Shown piece after piece: positions 43,973 through 56,430 of a stretch of DNA of 64,000 nt; positions within the stretch are counted from its first letter, which is position 1, and every line of letters begins with the position of its first letter. A model generated the notes under the pieces. It was not told where the DNA came from. It saw only the letters and a program-made list of their open reading frames with translations, and searched no databases. Source of the DNA: Iphione sp. A-MEVVRFRX5 (Eukaryota). The position numbers were made by a program, and so were the translations under genes. Location of the stretch: the NCBI GenBank assembly GCA_976226885.1, contig OZ320314.1, positions 63,240,001 to 63,304,000 of the forward strand, given 5' to 3'.

Positions 43973-45493
43973 ATGCCTCGTGTCAGAATTGAAACGCCCC
44001 GGCTTCCAATTATATGGAAGACAGAGGATCCCCTGCCCCCGGGGGCTGAGTTTTGTGAACTGTGCCTGCCCCGGAAACGTCCTTTCTTTAGGGGATTCTC
44101 GTTTGACCGCCACAAGGAGGAGAAACATCAGGGGAAACGGGGACGAGATCTCCTGTGTCTGTGGTGCCCGAGCGCCATTACCGATGAACACTACTGGGTG
44201 ACGCACCAGCGTCGTTATCACCCGTGGGTTGTTGCTTTGGGGTTAGCGGAAAAACCCTATCGTGTGTTGTGTGATGCTGCTCCCCATGGGGGGAAGACGG
44301 TGCAAGCCCCAGACGACGAACTGACAGACATCCTGGTGCGAGCCCGACAACTGAGACAGGACGGGTGGTATATGAGTGAAGAGGAGGCCATGACCCATCT
44401 GGCTGGGTGTCCACGACGAGCAGCCCCACCCCCGGTCCCGCGACAGATACGACTGGGGTCTCCCCCTCGTGACGAGCAAGACATGGAAGAGGAGGAGGGG
44501 GGCCCTGGGGCTCCCATGGGGGGAGGGGAGCCCGAAGTACCCGCGGGTCCCGACCTACCAGACCTGGAGGGGGCTGAGGGACCGGCACCTGGCCCACCCG
44601 CTCCCCATCAACTCGAGGGGGGTGACATACCTGACGGGGGGGATGACCCCCCAGCGCCGGCCCCAGAGGAACCTGACTACCCCGTGGCCCCTGACGAAGC
44701 TCCAGTGCAGCCAGGAGACCCTCCAGGCCTCAACGACAGACAGGACGGGGCGGAAATGGACGACTTGGCCTTGGTAATGGGGCATTTGCGGGCTGCAGTT
44801 GAGCCAGGGGCAGCGGCCGCGGCCGCCCAGCCCGGCCTCCCGCTTGGCGATGGAGAACAGGCCGCACCCGCCCCGACATCGCCGACGCTACCCGAAGGAC
44901 GTCTAGCCCAGAAGGTTAGACACTTTCTACCCCCCGACTACGTCGAACCGGTGTCACGACGCATGCGGGATGTCCTAGATGGGCTAGTCTGGCCATACAC
45001 CCCGGCTCTGAGGGCTACCATGCTTCCGGCTGTCGTGCGCCTCCCGTCGTTCATCACTTGGCCCCCGCGAAGGTGGGAAGAAATGTCAGGTGCCCAACGT
45101 ATGATGGCCAGCGCATCTTTGGCTTGGGTATTACACCTTGCTGAGGGGGACGGGCCTCCTCCCGACTCCCTCTTAGAGCCTTTGCGCAGGCGGCCCACCC
45201 TACTTCTGCCCGCCGTAGCCTTGCCCGACCACCAGGACTGGGGACGACTGGGGTCGGTCTACGACCTTCATAACTCGACTGTGGACGCAGCACAGAGCGC
45301 TTTGGAGGCTATGCGGTGGGGACCAAGTAAAACACGTATATACGATGTGCGGTGGCAGAGGGAGGTCAGGGAGGTCACAACGCGACGACAAGCCACCCAA
45401 CCGACGGTACACTACGTATGCTTAGGGGCCCCTCCATGCCAGCACCCGGTGGCTGGGGGCGACGTGGGTCCCGCCTTACCACCCGTTGTTTAG
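43973..45493 (+). CDS. Accessory ORF3: two C2H2 zinc fingers, acidic/Pro-rich middle, unrecognised C-terminal domain (506 aa from ATG)
   Basis: CELC-x15-H-x4-H and CLWC-x12-H-x4-H; long open frame; no signal peptide or clear TM helix. Confidence 0.75.
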   Translation: MPRVRIETPRLPIIWKTEDPLPPGAEFCELCLPRKRPFFRGFSFDRHKEEKHQGKRGRDLLCLWCPSAITDEHYWVTHQRRYHPWVVALGLAEKPYRVLCDAAPHGGKTVQAPDDELTDILVRARQLRQDGWYMSEEEAMTHLAGCPRRAAPPPVPRQIRLGSPPRDEQDMEEEEGGPGAPMGGGEPEVPAGPDLPDLEGAEGPAPGPPAPHQLEGGDIPDGGDDPPAPAPEEPDYPVAPDEAPVQPGDPPGLNDRQDGAEMDDLALVMGHLRAAVEPGAAAAAAQPGLPLGDGEQAAPAPTSPTLPEGRLAQKVRHFLPPDYVEPVSRRMRDVLDGLVWPYTPALRATMLPAVVRLPSFITWPPRRWEEMSGAQRMMASASLAWVLHLAEGDGPPPDSLLEPLRRRPTLLLPAVALPDHQDWGRLGSVYDLHNSTVDAAQSALEAMRWGPSKTRIYDVRWQREVREVTTRRQATQPTVHYVCLGAPPCQHPVAGGDVGPALPPVV

Positions 45494-45629
45494 AGAGCCG
45501 ATAGCCATATGTTCTACCCTAGTAGGGCGTGATGGGTGACACAAATTGTTATGATCGGATGTTTGATGCTAAGCGCTGTTATCATTGTTGACTGTGATGT
45601 ACCCCTACCGTTGTTACTGCAATTAACTT

Positions 45630-46445
45630 AATCATTACCTCCTAAGGAGGCTTGGCCAGATTACCCCGTGGATAGATGATCATTACCTCCCGTGGAGGCT
45701 TGACCGGATTACAGTAAGGATGTTAAATGAAAAGGGGACTGTACCCCACAAAAAAAACTGTTATTGGACGATGCATAAGCTGTGATTGGTTGTTGTTATA
45801 ATACTGTGTTGTTGCCTAAGTGGATCACTACCTCCTAGGGAGGCTTTGCCAGAGTGTAGTAAGGATGTTACAGGAAAGGACAGAAGGGGACTGTACCCCA
45901 CAAAAAGAGTGTTAAGGAGTTGTTTTCAACCAATGTATAAGTAGTGATCATTGATCGTATGCTGTTGTGATTTTTTTTAGATGAATCAATTACTACCTCC
46001 TAAGGAGGCTTTGCCAGATTGGACCCCAGGGGGGGTAAGAGTAGGTATCCCAGATTGTTTTGATAAGGAATGTCTGTGATCTTTTGTTTATTGTGATATC
46101 TTGTGTTACCTAGACAATTACTACCTCCTACGGAGGCTTTGCCAGATTCATCCACATTTACTCAAGAGTTGTTAGAGTGAGGATGTTAACAGTTAAAAAA
46201 GGGGGACTGTACCCCCACAAAAAGAGTGAGGCTCTTACAGTTACTGGGATGTTTATCTGTGATCTTTTGGGTTATTGTGATATCACTACCTCCTAGGGAG
46301 GCTTTGCCAGATTCAATGATTAACTTGTATACTGAGGAAAAAATTTGCTGCTTAGGTGACCATTACCCCCTATGGGGGCTTTGCTAAATTTACCAGTATT
46401 TATCCAAGGAGTTAGTAGATCAACTGTTATCCTCTACGGAGGCTT
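45630..46445 (+). repeat. Dispersed array of 8 CCTCC-NNN-GGAGG dyads and 3 GGGG-ACTGTA-CCCC dyads upstream of the PPT
   Basis: Dyads at 45638, 45686, 45831, 45996, 46124, 46289, 46366, 46431; second type at 45734, 45886, 46201. Confidence 0.85.
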
Positions 46446-46508
46446 ATGTTGGCTCAGGATGTACTTCTCAGGGAAACAGGTTTTCACTTCCCCCGGTAGA
46501 CTATTTTT

Positions 46509-46521
46509 AAGGTGAGGAGAG
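46509..46521 (+). promoter_or_regulatory. Polypurine tract
   Basis: AAGGTGAGGAGAG directly before the 3' LTR TGTAATG. Confidence 0.75.
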
Positions 46522-47558
46522 TGTAATGTGATAATGTTACCTGTGGCACCACAGCCACTCGTATTGTACTTAGCGAACTCTAAGACTTAGTAGTAACATT
46601 GCCTGTGGCACCACAGTTGTGTAGATTGTAGTAGTAACGTTGCCTGTGGCACCACAGCCACTCGTGTTGTACTCTAAGACGTAATAGTAATACTGCCTGT
46701 GGTTCCACAGCCACTTGTGTTGCACTTGATGAACTCTAAGACTTAGTAGTAACGTTGCCTGTGGCACCACAGTTGTGTAGATCGTAGTAGTGACGTTGCC
46801 TGTGGCACCACAGTCACTTGTGTTGTACTTGATGAACTCTAAGACTTAGTAGTAACGTTGCCTGCGGCACCACAGTTGTATAGATTGTAATAGTAACGTT
46901 GCCTGTGGCACCACAGCCACTTGTGTTGTACTTGATGAACTCTAGGACTTAGTAGTAACGTTGCCTGGGGCACCACAGTCACTTGTGTTGTACTTGGTGA
47001 ACTCTAAGACTTTAGTGCATGTGTACTGGAGAGTAAGCTTAGGGCCGCCTGTGGCACCACAGTCATTTATGCTGGATGGCCTGTGGTACCACAGGCATAT
47101 AGGATGTCTAAGGTCACCTTGAACCCTGGATGGCAAGGCACCTGCAATATGATTGGTAGACAGAAAAAAATCTTTGGAATGTTGTAGCCTTTTTATTCCA
47201 TGACTGATACATTGTACTAATCACATGACCAGGAGTTTGGCTATAAATATGGGCCCGGTGTGGCCAATAAAACAGTTTGCACTTGGACCTCACTAGTGGA
47301 CCTTGTTGATTTGGGATGTAACAAACCCACTTGGATTACCTAGGGTTGGCACTTGGATGTAACCGCACTGGGACTACAGTGAAGTAACTGAGACAGGATA
47401 GCACTAGACATAGCTGGATCTACCAAGTGGGAGATTTAACAGAGAATTATCCTGGAGTTAGGACTTGGATAAAATATCACTGGAATTATAGTGGAGTAAC
47501 TAAGCGAGTTGGACTTAGTTGGATTACACCAAGTGAGGAAGTCAGCCATTAAATTACA
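46522..47558 (+). repeat. 3' LTR (1037 bp)
   Basis: Matches the 5' LTR minus one 62-bp unit; followed by the GTAC TSD. Confidence 0.95.
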
Positions 47559-48471
47559 GTACTTTACTGTGTTATCTGCCCTATGTAAGTGAAATGTTCG
47601 TTGAGTATATTTGCTATTGCAGTGTTGTCAATAATAGTGGTGTTGATTGTTTTCAGTTATCTAATTGTCAGGTCATCGTCTTTCTTGTTTGGTAGCAGTG
47701 TTTTGAGTTCTTTCCAATACTTTGCTGGTTTGTACTTGTATTGTGCTAGTCTGGATTGTATATAATTCCTTTTAGCTCATCTCATTTTGGAATTTAGTCG
47801 GTTTCTTAATTTCCTTGAAATTGCCAAATGTTTAGGGTCCTTAGATAGTTTATATTGTTTCAAAATATATTTTTTTTGCCTTCTTTGTTGAGTGATGTCT
47901 TTATCTATTCATTTCCGCATGTTAATTGGGATTCTCTTGTATTTGAAAGGGGCATGAGTGTTTAACTTGCTTTGATAATATGATATATTTGTTCCCAGTG
48001 TTGTTCAGTAGTGGTGTTGGTGTTGATGTCTGTAAGTGCTGTTGATATTTCTTTGGCAAAAGTTTCCTGATTAAAGAAGGTGTAGTCACAGACATAGATT
48101 GTTTCATATTTCAGTTTGACATGAGGATTTCTTCTAGTGTATGTCCAGAAGTGGTCGCTGAGATTTATTGAGATAGTGCCTGATTTCTCATATTTCACAG
48201 GTGTATTTACTAATATAAGATCAATTCTTGTAGAACAGGTTATTGTAATTCGAGTTGGTGTGTGAATAAGATTTTTGAATCCAAGTGAATTTTCCAAAGT
48301 TTTCAATTTCCTAAATTGGGGTGTTCTAGTCTTGTTACAGTCAATGTTAAAGTCTCCTAGTATAATTGTTTCATTACTATGACTGTCAATTAAGTTCAGG
48401 ACATTCTGGAGTTTACTAAAACATGCATCTATATTCCTGCTTGGTGGTCTGTATAGTGTTAATATAAACAA
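47559..48471 (-). pseudogene. Decayed LINE ORF2, endonuclease part (5' fragment of the element split by the Gypsy insertion)
   Basis: LYRPP, ILGDFNI, PTRIT, RIDLI, SDH motifs. Confidence 0.85.
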
Positions 48472-48949
48472 AGAGACACAACAATTCTTTTTTTTTAAAA
48501 TGTTTCAGTTATTAAGTTTATTTTTGATTGGAAGAATTTTCGGGTAATATCTCACTGAAAGATGAAGGTGTGATTGAGAAATGAAAAAATATTAGTCAAA
48601 GTGTATTGCATGACTGCAAACAACAGTATTTTATGCAGCTACACAGGGGTATTAACAAAGTAGTTATCATATACTGTTAATGATCTTAAGTGTCTAAACT
48701 AGCGATAAGAGGAGCATATACAGAGACACTGGTAAAAATATACCGAGAATATACAGAGAAACTGGTATAAATATAGAAGTAGTTGAATAATCGCACTTGT
48801 CACTATGCCAAATATTAATTAATTAATTAATCACATATAGTGAAACCTTAAAAATTAAAAAGCATACCACAAATGAACCAAATGTCACCCGGAGTCATAT
48901 AGGTGTCAATTAGAACAATATTTACTACTACGACAATATTTACTATGAT

Positions 48950-50110
48950 ACTATTTACTATGATACATGTATACTATTAATCTGACATGAACACAACAGA
49001 ACCTGGAGTTTACTAGTCCTTTAGTATTAGCATGCTTGTAATCAGAATATATTTGGCTCTTTGTAACAAGGGAAGGAGTTTGAATAAATGATTCACTACA
49101 GCCAAAGATTGCCAAAGTGGCAGGACACGCCTCTCTCAATTTCGGTGTCATTTTCTGAATAATCTTATCCCTGTGTTGCCAAAGTGAAATTTGTCCAAGT
49201 CTGTGATAAAGAAATTGTAACCAATTTGTTCAAGGAAACATCTTGTGCCAAAATTTAATTTTTTTTTTTAATAGTTACTGTGTATTATGGGTGACTTAAA
49301 ACCATCCATCCATCCTTGATCTGTGTAAGACAGACAAAACCATTGTGGTGTAGATCTCCCTATCACAGAAATTACTGTGACCAAGGGAACCAAATTCAAC
49401 AAATGTTTAAACCTTGATTTCTGCAAATTTATGATGCCTGAGGAGTCTAATTAGACGAAACCTTGATATTAAGGGCCCTCTTGTGAAATAATCACCCTTG
49501 AAGGGCCAACTACCCATCCCTTATGCACAAAATAAGGGAAAGTTCAAATTGTGAACATCACCATGGGTAGCCATGTGAGATATCCAAGTGAAGAGTGTCA
49601 CATGACCCACCACAATGGGTGGCAGTTATGAATGGAACACTTTAGTTGATCCAAAGTCAAGGTAGCATCTGCGGGGATAGACACCCCAGCCACGTTTACG
49701 ATTTATCCAAAATTTTAAAAAGCAAGGTCAGTTATGTGTGTTCCCCTGTGCAACCTGATCAGCACTATAGAAAGCTGGTCAGGTATAGGCAAACTGTGCA
49801 CTGCACAGTCCTTTTTAAACCAGGCAAAAGCATCATGTGAAGCCCAATTGGAAAAAGAAAAGCAAGTAAATTCATTAAGTAATATAACTAAATCTAGTAT
49901 AATATTTAGACACATATTTCACCTTGCTCTTTTGGAAACTGGAACCTGACTGTTGTGGGTAGACATCCTGTGCTGTCTAAATGATGGTTTGCCAATTGCA
50001 GTTTATCTTCTGTCTCAGTCAGTTCTTTTTTAAGTTTTCAGTTCTCCTCCATCTCCACTATAGCTGCTGTTCTTGTGAGGTCAAGAGGGTTTGTCCCTGT
50101 AAAAGAAAAG
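48950..50110 (-). pseudogene. Decayed PIF/Harbinger-like (ISL2EU-type, DDE_Tnp_4) transposase
   Basis: Remnants WLQFLYHRL..ISLW, CSESFIQTPS, SQIYSDYKHANT; upstream coiled-coil remnant. Confidence 0.6.
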
Positions 50111-52359
50111 GACAACATAATCAAGCAATTATATATGCGGCATAAATGTTTACATCATGAGGCAGTGTATACTAATCTATCCCCACCTGTCTATCCCCGA
50201 CCTCCTTCCTGCCTATGGTATTACGCAGAATGGACAAATTAAGCAGAACACAAATGCTGCACATGGCATTTTCCCGACTTTCACTGACCGCCTATGGTAT
50301 AAAATGCAGAACACCCATTCTATGTGGAGCGCCCATACTACACAGAATGCACGTACTGCACAGAGCACCTACACTATTCAGAACTTTCGTATTACACAAA
50401 ATAGACATACAGATGTAGTGCATCGTTTTCTTTACCTCTTACTTTCACATAGTAGGACCAGTTATATTACATTATTTACCGATTTACAGTAAGGGACTGG
50501 AGGGACTGTCACCATTCTCTCCACAGTAGAGGTTGTCCGTAGTAGCTGAGCTCCCCCCCTCTCCCTCTCTCTCACCAAAGTATACAATCATATCACTTAA
50601 ACAGTAGGAGGGGTCAAACTTGGAAATGATTTCCCCTTCTACCTCTCTCTTACCAAAGTATAGACATCAGAGCACTTAGACAGTAGCGGGTAAAGCTTGG
50701 AAGTGGGTGCCGTGGGTGAGCTCACACCTCTCCCGCCTATAAATACCCTTCAAAGAAGTCGGCGTCGTACCTCCTCTTGTGTGTTGGGGTGAGCTCATAC
50801 GTCTCCCACCTGTGAATACTCTTTAAAGGAGGGAGAGTTCCCCTCCTCCAGTGTATCTACCACTGTGAACGCTGTAAAATATAGTTTAGGACTGTAAAAG
50901 TGTTGTTCACGGGTGAGTGTCCACCGACGCTAAGTGCCTGCGATGGAAGGGATTTATTAAACATGATATCGAGAGTATTTTGGGGGACTGTATTAAACGC
51001 ATCGGGTTGTCTGCTGTAGCCAGGTGTCTGTAGGAATGAAGTTCCACTGTATATGCCTTTTCTAATTGCAGACTGAATTCAGATAGTATAGAGAACCTGT
51101 GGTAGCCCCTGAAACTGGATGTAGGGAGCTAGCATTCCCATGTATGGGCGATTCCCAGTTAAGTGTGGCCAATGCAATCAGAGAAAACATAATGAATATG
51201 TTTTAATGGTTTTAATTTGTATTTCAATTTGATCTATGGACTATAAAGATTTATTTTCCAGAAAATCTGCACTCAGAATATAGATGGGAAAAAAATCAAA
51301 GGAATGAATTTGATGATAAATTCTGCCTGAAAAGCTAATGTAACCTACGTATATATCACAAATATGTATTTCAAAGGGCAGTAATTACTATTATTGTTAA
51401 TGTTGCAGCTTTTACATTCGTTCTATATGTAATAGGTATGGTATATGGTATAATTAGCATTATCTAAAATTGTTTGAGATGAATGAATAGTCTATGTCAT
51501 GACCTGGGACTTTGTATTGGTTTTTGTGTATGATATGATATCATTGATGTCACCCATAATGAGTACTTGTAGTTTAATATTTCTGATAGAATAACACCTG
51601 GTAATCATGTAAAGCAGCATTTATTATATTCATAATAACATCTGTTTTCAACAATATTATTGATCACTGCTGTCTCCCAAGATGGTAGGGGCACTGGCCT
51701 TACAATTAATTCCATGTATACATGTATGTTACTGTCACCTACGTTTTCCATGTAATGGTGACATATGTCTGTTTTTCACTCTAATGTAGGAATACACATG
51801 TACTATGCCACTAATTCACAAAAATTACTTACTAAATTTTTTTCTCACAATGATGGTTGAACTACATGCTTAACTGTGAGTGTTCACCTCTGACAAATAC
51901 TGGATATATCATCAAATACAGATTTCATGCTCTGTACTGTGCATGAATACATGCTATAGTTCCTTATATTGATGGAATCTGTTACTATGATGAAGAATAT
52001 CACCTATGTTTGATATCAAGGAAATTTATCATATACCATGCAGTAATGCAAATAGGTGAACGTATGTTACATATGTACATATGTTACTTGCTGATACGAG
52101 TTGCAATGCATTACTTTAATACTCTGAATTGTGAATATCATAAGTGTGAATAACCACTCACAACAAATGAAATATGCCTTCTGACAAAAGAAAAACCCAC
52201 TTAATCAGCAGACTTATTCTGGTCATAACACTGCTTAATGATTTCAAGGGTATCTTCTTGGATTTCATACAGACGACCACTTTTTCCTATAGGTGTTGGA
52301 GGAGGGATACCACAAATGATCTCATCTCTGCTTCTCCATAATCTATCGGTGTACCTTGG

Positions 52360-54597
52360 TCATCTAAAATGCATGTGGTTTGTTTTTGATGCCTTTTCCA
52401 TGAATTTGACCATATACAAGTTAACATCTTGGTCTGTGTCGACTACAGACCCCAAGTACCAGTTCTCTTGGTACATGGCAGCTACCCAGGCACCATCTTT
52501 AATATCAACTGGAGAATCTGACAACTTTGTTGGTCCTGTTTCTTCAGTAGTTTCTTCATCAGTCACTGTATCTTGGGCATTCTCTAGCTGTGGTTCTGGC
52601 TCTGGCTCCAAACCGACATCCACAATGTGGCATCCAGGGCATGAAAGTGGTAGTGGGTAATTGGTCTGGTAGCAGCCATTCTCTTGAAAGCATGATGTGT
52701 TTCTGATTGCAATGTGACCTGGTGAATGATAAAGAACAGCATGGATGTCCAATGTCCCTTTAATTGTCTTCATAGACATACCGTTTATCCTGTTGCCTGA
52801 TTCCTCAATGTCATGTGTACGGTACATGATGTACTTGATGGAGTTGTTATCTTGTGAAGTTGTCCCCCAGTCATACAGGTCCTGTGCATTCTGGATTAGT
52901 GCCTTGCCCTGTTGCACAGCATCTTTTGCTTTTCTTTTCAGGACCCCACCCAGACCATCGCAAGGTCCCTTGCCATGGCCGCCTTCATGGTAGCTCCAGG
53001 TTGCCTTTAGATCAAACAGTGATGGATAATTTCCAACTATGTGAAATATAACCTTGTTACAATATTGACTGACAGGACTGTCAGTCACATAGTGAATAGT
53101 GGTGACTTGTGGGAGGGTGTTCTTCACAATGTTATTCCCCTTACTCATGATACTCACAACAGCTGATGTATTGTGTGTAGTGTCATCAGAGAGGAATATG
53201 TATGACTGATGAGCTAGCTGGTCATACGGTAGATCAAGACTGGGTGTAGGGAGACCTGTTGTTTGGACCAATATGCACTTTGGCCCTCCTCCAGTGTGTC
53301 ACAAGTGAAGTTCGCACTGAAGCCTATGCATATGATGGCTTCACTGGTCTTCAAATTCTTTTTCATTTGCTGAATAGCCAGGTACTGGGCTGAGATTCTT
53401 GCAATGTGTACTCTCAACTTCTTCAACATATTCTTCATTGCCATCATGTAATCATCCCTGGAAGCAGTGATAGGGATGCACTTCATTCTGATTTTCTCAT
53501 TGTGCTCCACGTTCCTCCATGCATGGTAAGTAACTTCATGACCAATTCTGGAACTTGCATCTTGAAGAATCTCCCCATCCGTTTTGTCAGTAACACGAGT
53601 CAGGACTCAGGTAGATTCTGGATGCTCTCAATAGTAATGCTGCATTTTGATGATAAATGCAGAGACATGTCTTCCTAGACAAGAAACTTGTTAGCTTTAT
53701 ATGCTTTGGTCGGGGACTGCAGAAAATGGTCAGGCTGGTCTTAGCTTCTGGGTGCTCTGCATTATATTTTACCCCAAGGTTCCTCAGGTAATCTGTCAAT
53801 ACCCTGTTCTGTTTTCTTTCCTGCTGCTCTTTCAGCTTGGATGCATCTTTCCCCCCAGGCATCATCCTGCTTACATCATCTCTTTCAAAGAATTGCCTGA
53901 TTCCTGTAGATAACTGAGAATGTACTATTGTCAATCTGTGCTTTCCTGATCTCTCCTGCTGTTTTCCTGTCAACTTATTCCCATTCAAGCAAGACTCTCT
54001 CCCAATATGTCTCAGCATCCAATATCTTCTTGTAATTCGACCTATCACCAGGTTCTGAAGGTCTGACTTCATCCTGTTCTTCATTGATAGTGTTTTATCT
54101 TTTATTTCAGCCATTAACACATTGTGGGTGATCAGCGTTCTTCTAATACTTGTATGCTTCTGTGGGTCTAACCCATTCCTCTGCAGGTCTCTGTCTGCTT
54201 TACTTTGTGGGGTGTCCCTCACACTGGCTTGTCTCTGAGCAATGTGCTTCATCTTCAGACGTTGCAGCCTGGCCTTGAGTTTCCATGTTTTCTTCATCAA
54301 ATTTGATCTTTCTGTCTCCAGGGATGCTATTGCTCTGTGAGCCCTTGATAGACTACTACTCACTCTTTTCCTGGACCGATCTCTCTTGTCTAATGGCTTT
54401 GGGAAGTCAGTCTTCACTTTCAGGGTGTTGTGTACACTGGTAGATCTTGTGGCTCGTTGGTTTGAAGTTCCTGGTTGTTCTTCCATCTGCAGTTTCTTAC
54501 GAATTCTTGAGAGAGCAACTCTCTGTCTCACCTGCTCCCTCCTTGTCTTTAAATATGACTTGCTGAGAACTGTGGATGGCACATAGTATTTTCTCAC
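52360..54597 (-). pseudogene. Frameshifted DNA transposase of uncertain superfamily (three overlapping ORF pieces)
   Basis: 53587-54597 basic/coiled coil plus RPKHI...CLCIYHQN; 53214-53510 FSANF...QSAYW...QVSLHP; 52360-53271 VTDSPVSQY, GHGKGPCDGLGG.LKR, Tudor-like WVAAMY..NWYLG. Confidence 0.65.
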
Positions 54598-56430
54598 CCT
54601 GTCTCATTCCTTGCTCAACCAGTCTTCACCTTTCTCAACCTTCTGACATTCCCTGTACTCCTTTGCTCTTTCAGCTGGTGTCTTTTTTGGTGCCATACTG
54701 TCCTGTTAAATTAAATTATACAGAAACATTTTCAAACGGAAAATTAAGTATACACACATGTACACTCAAATTCACAGTGCTTCATAATCAGTACATAACA
54801 TCCCATTGCAAGTAGTGAATGACAACTTATATTACTGTTACATCTGCTGGGAAATTGATCAAACTGATTTAAATCTTAATATTTCATAAATATTATTTTA
54901 TTGCATAATCGCATTATAATTGATCTATTTAAACATATATGTGCATAATAGAATAAGGTATATCTAAAAAACAAAAACTTAATTTTTTTATTATCATATT
55001 ACAATGCCAAATATATGTGGTCACCCACCTTTCAATACCATGAACATAGATTTCACCACACTGACGGATAGATCGGCAAATATACCCCATCACCTATGAA
55101 TCAGTAAAAAATACAAATATTACTATACAGGCTATGTATAATGTTAATTATTTTCAATTATTTATGTATCTATTTTGTATCATCCACTTAAATCCAATGA
55201 AAGAGTCTTTCAACAAATACTTGTAACATACGTTCAAACATGTAACATATGTACATTTATGTCAATGACTGATAAAAGTGGTTATTCTGTGAATTATTCA
55301 TCTATTTATATTTTATTTACACTTCTAATCATTATCTATGAAACACAATCTCAAATGTCTGGTGCATTTCATTATTTCTTATATATTGTAAATCTTTAAA
55401 TGTGGCAACTTACCAGGTGTATCGATAATTCCGATGTATGTTACCGATCCAAGGACATACATATGTCACAGAGTTGTTTACAATATACATCAGGGGGAGC
55501 ACTTTATACTAAGTTTGTATGCAGTGCCATCTACTGTATATTCTATTTATACAGTAAATCCTTATATCTCCACACTTTGCATGTTACATTTTTTATTAGG
55601 TCTCCAGTAATTTAGTATGAAATACAACTATTATTTATTAATTGTTATTTTAGAATACCAAACTAATATGCTTTATCATCCATAAAAGAGATTTTTAATA
55701 ATAGTAAATCTTTATAATCATAACAGTCAAACATAGGTTACTGTCTTATCCATTCTATATAATATTGTAATATTGTGTAATATTGCCTTGTGTTGCTTGT
55801 AAGATGTTGGCTTGATGCTCAAGTATTTATTGTACAGTATGTCTTGTGGGGAGAGAGTGCCCCTAATATTGCCATGGTATTGCCACGGTATTTTGGGGGC
55901 TGGTTTGCTATAAATAGAGCTGCATTGTTGTGATCATTGTCAGTTGTCTGTTGGATCTCATGGAATAAACATCAAAACCAGATTTATTTGTGGACCTTAT
56001 TTATTCAATAATGCTTCGACACATTGCATGTAACAATACTTAATCGCCATTCTGACAAGGTTTTCAGTGAAACTAACCTTTTGCAGCAATTAAATTATAC
56101 ATATTTGGTGTATTTCGAAGTATTTCAGGCGGTAGGAGGTATGTTTACTTACAACACCATTTTGGCTGACTGCAGTGTGCATGCTCAAACTAATTTTCAA
56201 AATAGAGGAGTGCTGGGGCTGAGGTCTCACAACATTATGCTTACATTGCTTAGTATATGACTGTCACCACCAACCGTGTTAGAACAGAGGTTTAACTGTA
56301 TTTGGGATGTTCCATTTGGTCATGGGTGCTGTGGTTTGTGTAGAAGTATAGTGTGCAAATCAATGAGTCATATCACAGGACTGATTTTGATTTCATTTCC
56401 ATTATGGTTTCAAGACCAGTTTTCTGATAG

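Larger units (their letters stand above)
35573..47558 (+). mobile_element. Full-length young Ty3/Gypsy LTR retrotransposon (11,986 bp) with a 5.4-kb accessory region
   Basis: LTRs 35573-36671 and 46522-47558 with TGT...ACA ends; 4-bp TSD GTAC; tRNA-Leu PBS; PPT; open gag and pol; LTRs differ only by one 62-bp repeat unit and one substitution that I could see. Confidence 0.96.

Noticed and set aside
37866-45412. Many overlapping short ORFs on both strands of the Gypsy interior
   Set aside because: Expected in about 58% GC sequence with few stops; only those with promoter, splice or domain support were kept.
43973-45493. ORF3 as an env gene
   Set aside because: No signal peptide, furin site plus fusion peptide or transmembrane anchor; it has C2H2 fingers and an acidic region instead.
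45630-46445. Hammerhead or HDV-like ribozyme call for the hairpin array
   Set aside because: No CUGAnGA/GAAA core, and I could not build the HDV nested double pseudoknot by eye; left as an unassigned structured repeat.
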